Positions 37,701 to 49,992 of a DNA stretch of 64,000 nucleotides are shown here, in pieces. The stretch comes from Octopus sinensis. Lineage: Eukaryota. A model generated the notes under the pieces. That model saw only the letters and a list, made by a program, of their open reading frames with translations. It did not search any database and was not told where the DNA came from. Within the stretch, counting starts at the first letter, position 1, and each line of letters starts with the position of its first letter. Where the stretch lies: contig NC_043009.1 in the NCBI RefSeq assembly GCF_006345805.1, positions 61,814,001 through 61,878,000 of the forward strand, read 5' to 3'. The position numbers were made by a program, and so were the translations under genes.

Positions 37701-40700
37701 TTAAATAATTTGTAGCTGTTAAGTACTGGGGTCGACAAAAAAAGTACCAGTTGAACACTGGGGTCAGTATAATTGACTTAAACCCCTCCCCTGAAGTTGC
37801 TGGCCATGTGCCAAAATTTGAAGCCAATATTAGAATCTTTGTTTATAAAATGAGATCTACTCTCTCTCTCTTTCCCTCTCCATTCTGGGTTCAAAGCTCT
37901 CCAGTGTTGACTTCACTTCACATTTCTTCATTATAAAATAAATACCAGTCATATGTTACGGTTGTTTGTACACTACTCTTTTAAAATTGTGGTCTTGTAT
38001 CAGTGTAAGGACTCATTATTATTAATGATATTGTCATTAATTACAGGTGAACGGAGTTTTTGCTGGTCACACAGCATTACAGGCGGCTTCTCAGAACGGT
38101 CACATGGAAGTAATCAAAACTTTAATGAAGAACTCATTGGATCATGAAATAGAGGTGAGACAACTGTTTTCATAGATATTTCTAGTGTTAACAACAGTCT
38201 TAATTTTTAGTTTAAAGGTTTTGTCATCTGTTAAAATGCCCCACAAATAAATTAAAAGTGTTTTCTAAATTGTTTCTGATTGGTAGGATAAGGATGGAGA
38301 TCGAGCTGTGCACCATGCAGCTTTTGGAGACGAACCAGCTGTGATTGAACTCCTGCACAAAGGAGGTTGCGATCTGAATGCGCGCAACAAACGTCGGCAA
38401 ACACCTCTTCACATTGGTGTCAATAAAGGACACATTGGTGTTGTCAAGTGTCTCCTATCTCTAGGGTGTCACCCTAGTCTTCAGGTAAGTGTGCCACATT
38501 CTTTGATTGTTGCTTTTTTCATAATTCTGATTTTGATTGATGCATACACATTTAGTTTATCTGAGGAAAGTCCATCTCTTGAGGCCAGTAATTCTTTGTA
38601 ATTATTCCCACTGTTACTTGTGTGACCTGCATCTGATTACAATAGGGAACTGTAATTTGTCATGATTCTTACTGCTAGAATAATTGGTCTTTTGAAAGAG
38701 ACATGCCAGAGCATTGGTGGTAATATAGGCTGTTAGCTAATTCATGGACTGCTTAGATCATCTATAACGGCCATTTATATATATATATATTTCCATAATT
38801 TATATATATATATTTCCATATATATATATAACAAAATAGTGGATTTAAAAAGGGAAAGAGGACATTTTGTAAAAGAAAAAAGCATTGTTATCTCCCTTAT
38901 TTAACACTTTTTTGTTGTCAACTGAATTAGATCACAATTAAGAAGTTTAATTAAAAATTATTTAATAGTTTCAAAATGCAAGTGAATGTTTATCCAAATG
39001 ATGATATAACCTTGGTGTTTGTTCAGAAATTTAATCAAATGGTGATGGAGATGGTGGGTACATTGTATGGGAAAGGATTACCTGTTTCTGCTAGTTAATT
39101 TTAAAACTTAATAGTAAAGGAAATGATTTATAAATTACTCTTCATATTTCTATTAAATACACAGGATAATTTCATTTGTTCCTCTTGGATTAAATCACTT
39201 TTTGAACATTAATCCATCGTACATCTTTGAAATATGTCTAGCTTCTAAAAGAAGTAATGACCTGATATTATTTGTGCTGACTTCACTTTCTTTTGTCAGA
39301 AGTTCATCCCTTCAGATTGTATATTTAGTAAGTGGGCCTTAACTCTTTAGCATTTAAACCAGCTATATCAGGCCCAAATATTCTACCTTATTCCATGTTC
39401 AAACCAGCTAGATTCAACTTCTCACACCTACCCTATAATGTCATTCTAAAAATTAACAACCATATCACTGAAATCTTGAAGCTATGAGATAATGCATGAT
39501 TAATTCAAAGCAGTGTGAATAAATAAGCATTACATTAGACAAAGTATAGAACTGCATTATCCAATGTGTTCTTAGGATTATAAGGTGAGATTTGAGGGGA
39601 ATTTAGATGCTATGTATTAAACAAATCAGTGTTAGTAACTAATATTCTCTATAACTACGCTAAAAATCCAATGAGGGTGCCTCTACATCCTAGAAATGAT
39701 AGCAAAATCACATTTAAATCACACCCAGTTCTTAAACATGATACAATGCATAATGTACACTTAGAGACGTTGGTTCTGAATATTAGACACATTCAATAAC
39801 AATACTATATTGTCATTCTAAGAAGTCCATCTTTCCCATGCCATCCAGGTATATTTGTAGTACTTCAAAACACTTCTACGACAGAGGACTCTGAGAATTT
39901 CATCCCCTTCCTCTTCATCCTGATAAATCAACAATATTCAGAACACTAGCACTCTGTCTAGACATATTTACCATTCTCCAGAAAGCCACTATAACATTCT
40001 GAAAACACTCTCGCTCTCTTACTCAGTCAAGACACACCTTTGACCTCTTTCTGTCACTAATGACCATGGATGAAAATCCAAGTTGTTTGCCCCACTGGAA
40101 CAGTATTGTCTGTGACTGAAAAATCTGATGCACAAATGACAGTCTCTGTTGCATAAGCTGCATGTATGGGCTGTCCCAGTGGTTTTTGTGGATCTGCCCT
40201 TCTTCTGCATTCACCAGTCTCTATTCTTGTGGTTTCAGCTGCTTGGACAGGTTACCACTCTCTAATGTTGGGTGTTTGATAAGATCCAGATTTGGGCAGT
40301 ATGATATGGTGGCTAGGTTGTTACCCATGCAGCATGTAGCCCCTTTTGCTAATGGAACCCCCTCAAAAACAGCACAATTGTTAGAATTTTAGTATTAGCT
40401 TTGTTGCAGAAGTTGACAACATTGAACTACTGGTGCTCTGACTCTTGATTTTTTTCTTAAGGTTTACTTTTGAAGCTTTTTCTATGGCTCAGTATGGCTG
40501 CAAGGCAATGGTAGGTTCTCTTTGCCCTGGATAGATTACCCCCCCCCACAACCTAACGAGCTCCATTTGCCCAGCTGACTTGCTAATTTACTCATAGCTG
40601 GGACTTTGATAGGTGCTACTATTCCAGGTCAGAGTTGACCAGAGAACAATAGTGACTAAAGGTCATTCTACCTTCTTCAAAACCCTGAAACTCCAGGCTA

Positions 40701-42137
40701 GAGCTCCACTACTAGATGCAGGTTAAAGTCATATCCAGGAAAAAGACACAACATAATGATTTCTTTCATAGCAGCATTAATAACCTCCATTAGTCCTGGT
40801 CTTTTGTTGGGATGCATAGCACTAATAAACAGAAAAAGGAGAATAGTGGTTGTTATACTCTGACCAGATCCACCTTAAATAACTCCATTGTGGCCTCTGT
40901 TCCAGAACATGAGATGGACAGGAATAGAAAAGATAGTGAAAGAAATATAACAGGTTCTGTCTGTCATATTGTGATATAACTGATACTGTAAACCATTACC
41001 TACTCTGTACAAAGAATGCTGGATCTGTACATTGCATCTGGTTGTTAAATTGATAGCTTGAGCCAACTTACTAGAAATAGTAGCCAAATCTTTTGCAAAT
41101 TACCTCCTACCATTTGAAAATAGAAGGACATAGTGGATAATGTAGTCCTAAATACACTGTTTCTGAAGCAAACATAGGATGTTGTGGTTTGAATATATAT
41201 ATATATCCATAGGGCTATTGGATCAGGATTGACATAGAACTAAAAGACTACCTGTATAGCATAGGTCTACTTGACAAAGTGTATTTGGAGGGCTATAGAA
41301 TGGAAATAAAAAAATATAGATTTCCACAACATAAGTAGTCACCCACCATCTTAAAAAGGGAAAGGACACATTAGCTCATTAGCTGATGTAGACCTTTATA
41401 TTCTAATAAAATAGTTTGGTCATGGCTGGATTGTTTTGATTATGGGAATGCTTAATCAAGGCTGGCCAATAGGCCTTCCATCTGTCAAGGCTGATTATAC
41501 ATCTGCTCATGTATTTTTCAAGGAAACACGCAGTTGTCCATGCACGTAAGTCTCCCCACTTCATGAGAAAGGCCTCTGACTTGGGTTGATACATTTGGGT
41601 TGATACATCAGTGCAGACATTGCTGTCAGAACACAAAGAGTCAGAACTGATACTGCAACCCATTCTAATAGTTTCAGCAATCCACCACCTAAAAATTCAT
41701 AATTTTTTTATTACCAAAGTTGGCCTTAGCAGAATTCGAACTCTGATCACAAAGTTGGAACAAACACTGGATGGCATTCTATCCAACACTTTAACCATCT
41801 TGCTTATTCGCTAATATTAGGGTTGGCTTGGGTCTAATCTGCTTGTTCACTTTACTCTCTGCATGCATCCATAGTTTCAATATCATACATTACAACTGAT
41901 ATTAATATCACACTGCAATCTTCATAGTTTGCATATTAGTGTAAGAGATATGAGAGGTGGTATGTGTGTGTGTAGGCATGGGCATGGCTGTGTGGTAAGA
42001 AGCTTGCTTTCCAACCACATGGTTCTGGGTTCAGTCCCTCTGCATGGCACCTTGGGCAAGTGTCTTCTACTATAGCTTCGGGCCAACCAAAGTCTTGTGA
42101 GTGGATTTGGTAGATGGAAACTGAAAGAAGCCCATCG

Positions 42138-42175
<38 letters not shown>

Positions 42176-43739
42176 TACATATATGTGTATGTATGTATAT
42201 GATTGTGTGTCTGTGTTTGTCCCCCCCCCAACTATCGCTTGACAACTGATGTTGGTGTGTTTACATCCCCGTAACTTAACGGTTTGGCAAAAGAGACCGA
42301 TAGCGTAAGTATTAGGTTTACAAAGAATAAGTTGATTTGTTTGACTAAAGGTGTGCTCCAGCATGGCCACAGTCAAACGACTGAAACAAATAAAAGAAAG
42401 AATATATATAAATATATATACACACACACACACACAACATACAATCACATATATAACATACATATCGTTTTATACACACATTTATATGTATGTACAAGTA
42501 TGTATGCACACAGACATACATGTACACAAATATGTGATTCTATCATCCTGTGTGTGTGTGTTATGTTTTTTCTTTTATTTATGTTAGCATCTGTCCAGAA
42601 ACCAGTGTTGTTTATGTTTGTCTCCACAATTTAGGTGTTTGACAGATTGCAATGAGTTATAGTCGATAGGATCAACATATATTCTTGAAGGCAGTGTGTC
42701 CGCATGGCCACAATATAATGATTACAGAATCAAAGAATGTATATGTGGGGGTGGTGTGTGAAATATTTATCCTCATTCTTTATCTATGTGTGTACATGCA
42801 TACTTTTGCTTTTATTGGCAGGTAATAATTCTCTCGTATTAGATATTTATACATCAGTGACACGCTTGAGTGGCATTCATGTCACTCTCCGAGCATCTAT
42901 ATTTAAATATCCAGTTAGAAGCCAGAGGAAAGTGACGGCAAACTATTTCGACTACATGTTTTATATTAAAGGCCATTTTCCTAGGCTTTTCCACTAAAAC
43001 GATACCTTCAGTCTTATTCAGTGGCATGTAAAAAGCACCCACTACACTCACGGAGTGGTTGGCATTAGGAAGGGCATCCAGCTGTAGAAACACTGCCAGA
43101 TAAGACTGGAGCCTGATGCAGCCTTCTGGCTTCCCAGATCCCCGGTCAAACCGTCCAACTCATGCTAGCATGGAGAATGGACGTTAAACGATGATGATGA
43201 TTCTGATGTCTTCTTTCTCCAAATGGTTTTACTACATGCCTCTTCCAGCACTGCTCTGCTCTTATTGCTTCTAGTCAACCATCTTACTAACAATCATTTG
43301 TTTGCTGTCCACCACACTCTTAGTCTTCTTTTATTCTCTATTCCGTTATTCCTCTTGCTCCTTTCATTCTCACTTTCTTCCATTAATCTCTCCCCTTTTT
43401 GTGTCATTCTTGTTCTCTCTCGTCCCTTTCTCTTTTCTCTGCCAGAAATGAATTCACCCTCTGTGTTGCTGGTGACTGTGACATATGAAGTCAGCATAGG
43501 CTAGAGCGGACACTTTAGTCATCCTAGGTACAAAGCAACCTCTCTAGTATTAATACTGTGATAAAATAAATCCAGTACATATCGTAATGAAGTTAGCATT
43601 TGGAAAGGTATCCAACCATAGATAACCTGCTAAAAATGAAACGGACAAGCAAAATGTGGTCCCCAACCCATCAAGGAGTGCAAAACAAATAAGAATAACC
43701 TTGTTTGTGACCATATATATATATATGTATGATGTATAT

Positions 43740-43781
<42 letters not shown>

Positions 43782-46700
43782 TCATCATCATCATCGTCGT
43801 TTAACGTCCGTTCTCCATGCTAGCATGGGTTGGACGGTTCGACCGGGGTTCTGGGAAGCCAGAAGGCTGCACCAGGCTCCAGTCTAATTTGGCAATGTTT
43901 CTACAGCTGGATGCCCTTCCTAACGCCAACCACTCCGTGAGTGTAGTGGGTGCTATATATATATATATGTATGTATATATACAAGATAAGAAAATGGAGA
44001 AATACATCTTAGTAATTTGTGGTAAATCATTTTACCTTTGCCCATATAATACAGTAAATGAATTGATTGCATTGCAATCCTTAACATTTATGTATTAACT
44101 TTGTTGGGTTCTTCACTAGCAGTATATTGGATATATGTTATCTCATGGAGGGTTGCATTTACAACCCCTATCTCAATTTGTATATATATATATATAGTGA
44201 TGGAGATAAACAGGATTAGGCTTGATATATAGATATGCATGCATATATATATAGATATATATATATAAGAGGATATATATAGCTATAAAAACTAATCGTG
44301 TTTATCTGCATCTCAACTCTCCATATCAACTCACCTGGATTTCCTTTAAAGCCACTCTTTACCCCATGGACCTAGCACTTGGTGAAGACTTTGGGGTTTA
44401 GCTTAAATCATTTGAGCGCTATTGTATGTTTTTTATATTGAGTGTCTATAAATCTCACTTGTTGACTGTGTATGTGTGTGTGTATAATATGCATGTATAT
44501 ATATTATATATTGTTTGCTTAGTTTGAAAGAAAGAACTGCACCTCATAGAGTTTAATAAAATGAATTCTGGGGTTGATAGGATCGACTAATATCCTTGAA
44601 ATCGGTGGTTCAGTGTGGCCATAGTGTTGTATTATTGGTCAAGACCCAGTAAAGTCCCTGTGAAAACAGTGTGATTGATGCTGTGAACATTCCACTTGAA
44701 TTCTCTCAAGTCTCTGGCTGCAGGGAGTGAAATCCAGAAGGGGGTCTGGCAATGGGCACAGTACAGGTGATTAGAGCGGTTGACAAGTGAATTGGCAGAG
44801 GAAGACCTTCATAGAAACACACACAGACACACACACACACACACACTCTCTCTTTCTCCCTCCCTCCCCCTCTCTCTCTGACCACTCATAGTTGTGATTT
44901 TGTATTACTGTTTTAATACCATTAATAATCTCAACACCAATGTAGTTGTTGTTCTTTGTTTATCTTGACGGTGTGTATTGGTAGTGGTGTTATAGTGTAT
45001 ACTAGCTGTGGTAGTGTTGTTATAGTGTATACTAGCTGTGGTAGTGTTGCTATAGTATATTTAATGTACATTAGTACTGATAGTGGTGTTACTGTATGTT
45101 TAGTGTACACAAATAATGGTACTGATGTTACTGTATGTTTAGTCAACATTAATTGTTGTAATTGTCCTAATGATATATTTAGCAAATTATAGTTTTGGTA
45201 GTAGTTTTGTAGTTTACAATAGTGGTGGTAATGGTTTACAATATGTTTAGTTTACAGTGCTGGCGGTATTTTAGTACGCTTTGTGAAGTTCAAATTGGAA
45301 ATTTACCATGACACTTCATAATACAATTAAATAATGTCTTTTTTTTATCCTTTTGCATGGCTGGTTGTATTTTTATTGAAATTTCTGATTTGGCCATTTA
45401 TTCCAAATCTCTTAACCCTTTAGTTACTGTATTTATTTTGAGATGCTCTGTGTTTCTTTCAGTTACTTTATATATAACAAAGAATTTAATGAAATAACTT
45501 AGTTATCATTAAGCTAGTGTTAGGAACATAAATTGTGACTAAGGTTTGGTGGAAGATTTTAAATCAACACTTATGAAAACAAGACATTTGTACTCAGAGC
45601 CAGAGCCGGTTTCAGCCGGGTTGGTAACGAAAGGGTTAATACTGTGAAATAATTTACCATGTGAACTACCTATAATGTCAGGCTGTTGATATTGGCATCA
45701 CCATTTATGACTGTAAGCCTATATTCATACATCCATCTATCCATCCATCCATCCACACACACACACAAATCTATGTATATATGGATGTTAAATGGTGGTG
45801 ATGATGATGTACGAATATATATATATATATATATATAAATATATACACACAAGATATATGTATATACACAAGATATTTATATATATACACACACACACAC
45901 ACACATATATCCTGCTAGTAAGCTGTATCTTTCGCCCTACACTATGTGTGTGGGCGGTGTGGGGTGGGGTGGGATCTAAAGTTACTGCAACTTCTGCAAG
46001 CACATTTGTGGGCTGCACTACAATTAGCTACAGCTGCTCTGTAATATGTAGCTTAGCAGCAGCTGTAGTTAACTCTACTAACTTGCCATAGTATAATAAT
46101 ATCAACATGGTATAAAATATAATTTATATTTATATTAAGTTATATATTTATTATGTAACCATTTATAAAGTTGGAAGTGTGTATGTGTGTGAATGTGTAT
46201 TAATATGTGTATGTTGTCATCATTTCATATTTGAAATGTATATCTGCAGAAATTCTAAATTTCAACTATATGTATATGGTCATTCTAAGTTTAAAACCTG
46301 CGTACATAGTGAATTTGGGTTTGAAATGTATGTATATCTTCCTTCTAAAATTATGTGTGTGTGTGTGTGAAAGAGAGAGAGAGAGAGGTGTTATAAAGTT
46401 TCTAGTTTGTGTGTTTTAATTGTGCTCTTTAGCAGATATCTATACGTAGCTAGTGATCATTGGTGGTCAGCCTTGGATAGGCTATGTGCTATCTACTCCT
46501 GTTCAGTTATCATATGAGATTGTGTAAACATTGTTTTAGAATGATTCCGCAATTTATATGATGGCTGACAAGTCTGAGCAATATGCCTGCATTGAATTTT
46601 GTATGAAGCTTGGCAAATTCTCAAAATAGCTGAGATCTTCAAAATGCTTCCTCAAGCTTTTGCCGAGCATTCTTTTGGTCAAACACAAGTTTTTATATGT

Positions 46701-49700
46701 GGTAGGCATTTTTAAAAACTGATTGAGGGTTGATTCAAAGTAACGAGCATTTAGGGCAACCAAAAAGAAAACGTGAATGAAATATGTAGAGTCATCCATG
46801 AGAACGATTGCTAAACAATCTCATCAATTCTCTCTCCTGATTGAAATCAGTTATGAAGTTTGCCAGGAAATTTTTAATGGAAACTGCAGTGAGCATTTAA
46901 GGGCAAAATAACAGTTGTTCACACCTTCTGTACTCACCTATCTGGTCAGGTGTATTGAATACTTTTATTTCCATTTGATCCTCTAAGCATATGCATGTAT
47001 TTGTGTGTGTGTGTGTATAATAAATTAAAAAGGTGGCTTATTAGCAATTAGAACCTAAAGGTAAGATTAATAGAGGGTACTGATTAGCACTGCTTTTGCT
47101 AAAGAATTAAAATAACTCAAAAGCCACACGTGCACTGTCTTATGTATGTGTGTGTGTATGCATTATTGGTGACAGGAGCACTATTAATACCAAAAGGTAA
47201 TCATTATATCCAACTTAACATGGATATTTTATCTTTTACTTGTTTCAGTCATTTGACTGTGGTCATGCTGGGGTATTGCTTTGAAGGATTTTAGTCAAGC
47301 AAATCGACCCCAGTACTTAGGTTTTGTTTTTTTTAAGTCTGGTGCTTATTCTGTTGGACTCTTTTGCTAAACCACTACGTTAAAGGGAGTAAACAAACCA
47401 ACACAGCCTGTCAAGCAGTGGGGAGCAGGGTCATCACTTAGAATAACTCCAGACACTGTTGCTGGACCTGAATCCTTGCTTTCATGACAGCTGGCAATTC
47501 ATAGGGCAATAACCCTAAATAAAATAATTCTGCAGTTTTTCATGATTGGGGACTGGTTGGTTAGAAATTCATTTTTATGGCCAAAGATCTTCACTTTCTT
47601 ACTATGTGCTTTAGATAGCTGACAAATTGCGTGAGTTTTCAGCTTTAATAGTGTTAGAAGAGGTTCTAAGAATGCTTTGAAGCTTGTGTATGTTTAAGTT
47701 ATTTATAATGTCTCTAGCAATCACCCTTCTGTTCTCATAATGGTATTTGAAAGCTTAGGCATCCTGATGAATGGATTTGCTGCTATATATCTTAAGATGA
47801 GAGCGATGAGCTGGCAGAATTGTTAGCACACCAGGTGAAATACTTAGCAGTATTTCGTCTGCTGGTATTTCATTCTGAGTTCAAATTCCACTGAGGTCTA
47901 CTTTGCCTTTCATCCTTTCAGAGTTGATTAAATAAGTACCAGTTATGCATGGGGGTCTATGTAATCAACTTAATCCCTCTGTCTGTCCTTGTTTATCTCC
48001 TCTATGTTTAGCCCCCTATGGGCAATAAGAAAATAAATATATCTTAAGATGAGGGCAGTGAGCTGGCAGAATCATTAGCTTGCTGGGCGAAATGCCTAGC
48101 AGTATTTTGTTCTGAGTTCAAATTCCACTGAGGTCAATTTTGCCTTTCATTCTTTTGGGGTCAATTAAATAAGTACCAGTTATGCACTGGGATCAATGTA
48201 ATTGACTTAATCCCTTTGTTTATCCTTGTTAGTCCGATAGTATAAGTACTAGTCTTGCAAAGAAAAAATCCTGGGGTCAGTTTGTTTGACTAAAGGCGGT
48301 GCTCCAGCATGGCCGCAGTCAAATGACTGAAACAAATAAAAGAAAAAGAAAATGCTCCTACCTAATCAAAACTTGAAATGCTGGGGAATTAAAACAACGA
48401 ATTGAAATAATAAGTTTTAGCAAATCAAAACAATTTGCATTGAAATGCAGAATTAGCAAAAAATTAACTAACTAAATTACTGTTAATAAGATGTATGTTG
48501 ATAGCCAGGGAACATTTTTCATCAAATTTCGTCATTTTCCATCAAATTGATGTCACAATGGCTAGTGCGAAAAATGCCAAAATTTTATGATTTTTGAAAA
48601 ATCGATGCTGATTAAAAATCGATTTTTAAAAAAAATTCTAAGTGCATAAGTGTCAAGTTTCATCAAGTTCTGTTGGATAGTTTTGGAGGAGTTAAAGTAA
48701 CAAATTCACAAACAGACTAACTTGCCATTTATTATTATAGTTATTCTCCCTGTTGCAGTATTAGTCATTTTTGCCAGCTGAGTGGATTTGGAGCAAAGTG
48801 AAATTAAGTGTTTCGCTCAAGAACACAACACATTGCTTCTTGGTCCAGAAATTGAAACCTCAATCTTACTATTATGAATGTAGCCCCCTAACTACTAAGC
48901 CACATGACTCCACCCACACATGCACACTCGCACACACACACACATATATGTATAAAAAAGAGAATATATTAATGTGATTGTTAAGATACATTTTTTTGAA
49001 TTGGAAAAAATTAGTACAAACTTAATATTATTTTATCTCTAAATGTGTTCACTGCACCCAGTAATGCATTTGTATGATAAATAATCTTTGTGAGTTCTGT
49101 GTTAGAATTTTATTGAAGTACATTTTGTCTTTCATCCTTTCCATGGTTGATAAAATAATTATCAGTTTAGTACTAGTTATGATTTAATTCCCTGCCATCT
49201 TCCTGTGTTGGAAATCACTTTACAGTTAACCCTTATAAAACGACTAGGTTCACCTATCATCCCCACCATTTTTGTGCTAGAAAGATCGGCCAATCACCTC
49301 AGGAATATGTATTTTCAAAAATAACACCGTTATTTTTGTATCTTGTAAAACAATTACGTTGTATATTGTGTAGAAGCATCTGTAGTTTTCATCTCTGAAG
49401 GGATATTCAAAAATAGTTTTCTCACTTTTAATTAGAATCAGAGATTAAACTAACTTATGAACTAATCAGCTGAAAAATTTCTTTTTTACTTCAAAGCAAG
49501 CTGAAGTGAAATTTAAGTAAACAGAAAGTCTGAAAGATTAAAGGAGATGCTACGAAGAATAGTATGTAGGACAGTTTGGGGGTAGCGGGGTAGCTGTGAA
49601 ATTCTCTGATCTACTGAAACTTAATTCAGGTGTGCTTCAGGGTATTTATTCTGGAGGCAACCATGACTATTTATAACTCACAGACAGTGGATGCCAATGT

Positions 49701-49952
49701 TCTTACTCCTTTCTGCTACTACTTCATTTTCTTCTTCATCTAGCTGTGTATTAATTTCTAGTACGGCTGCTGTAGAAAGAATCTTTCATCTCCAAGGAAA
49801 TGTTGCCAACCATTTCTTGTACTTTAGCAGATACATACACCAGAGCACATACACATACACGTGTGTGTGTGTGTGTGTATGTGTATATATAAAGATATAT
49901 TTTCTATTTATGTGAATGTATGTATGTGTGTGTGTGTGTATGTATGTATATA

Positions 49953-49992
<40 letters not shown>

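Noticed and set aside
46024-46072. 15-bp stem hairpin (agctacagctgct / agcagctgtagtt)
   Set aside because: Short and built from self-complementary CAGCTG repeats, so plausible by chance in 64 kb.
49691-49915. hAT dimerisation-like peptide [10 protein letters not shown]
   Set aside because: A single short motif in low-complexity context, with no other transposase sequence.
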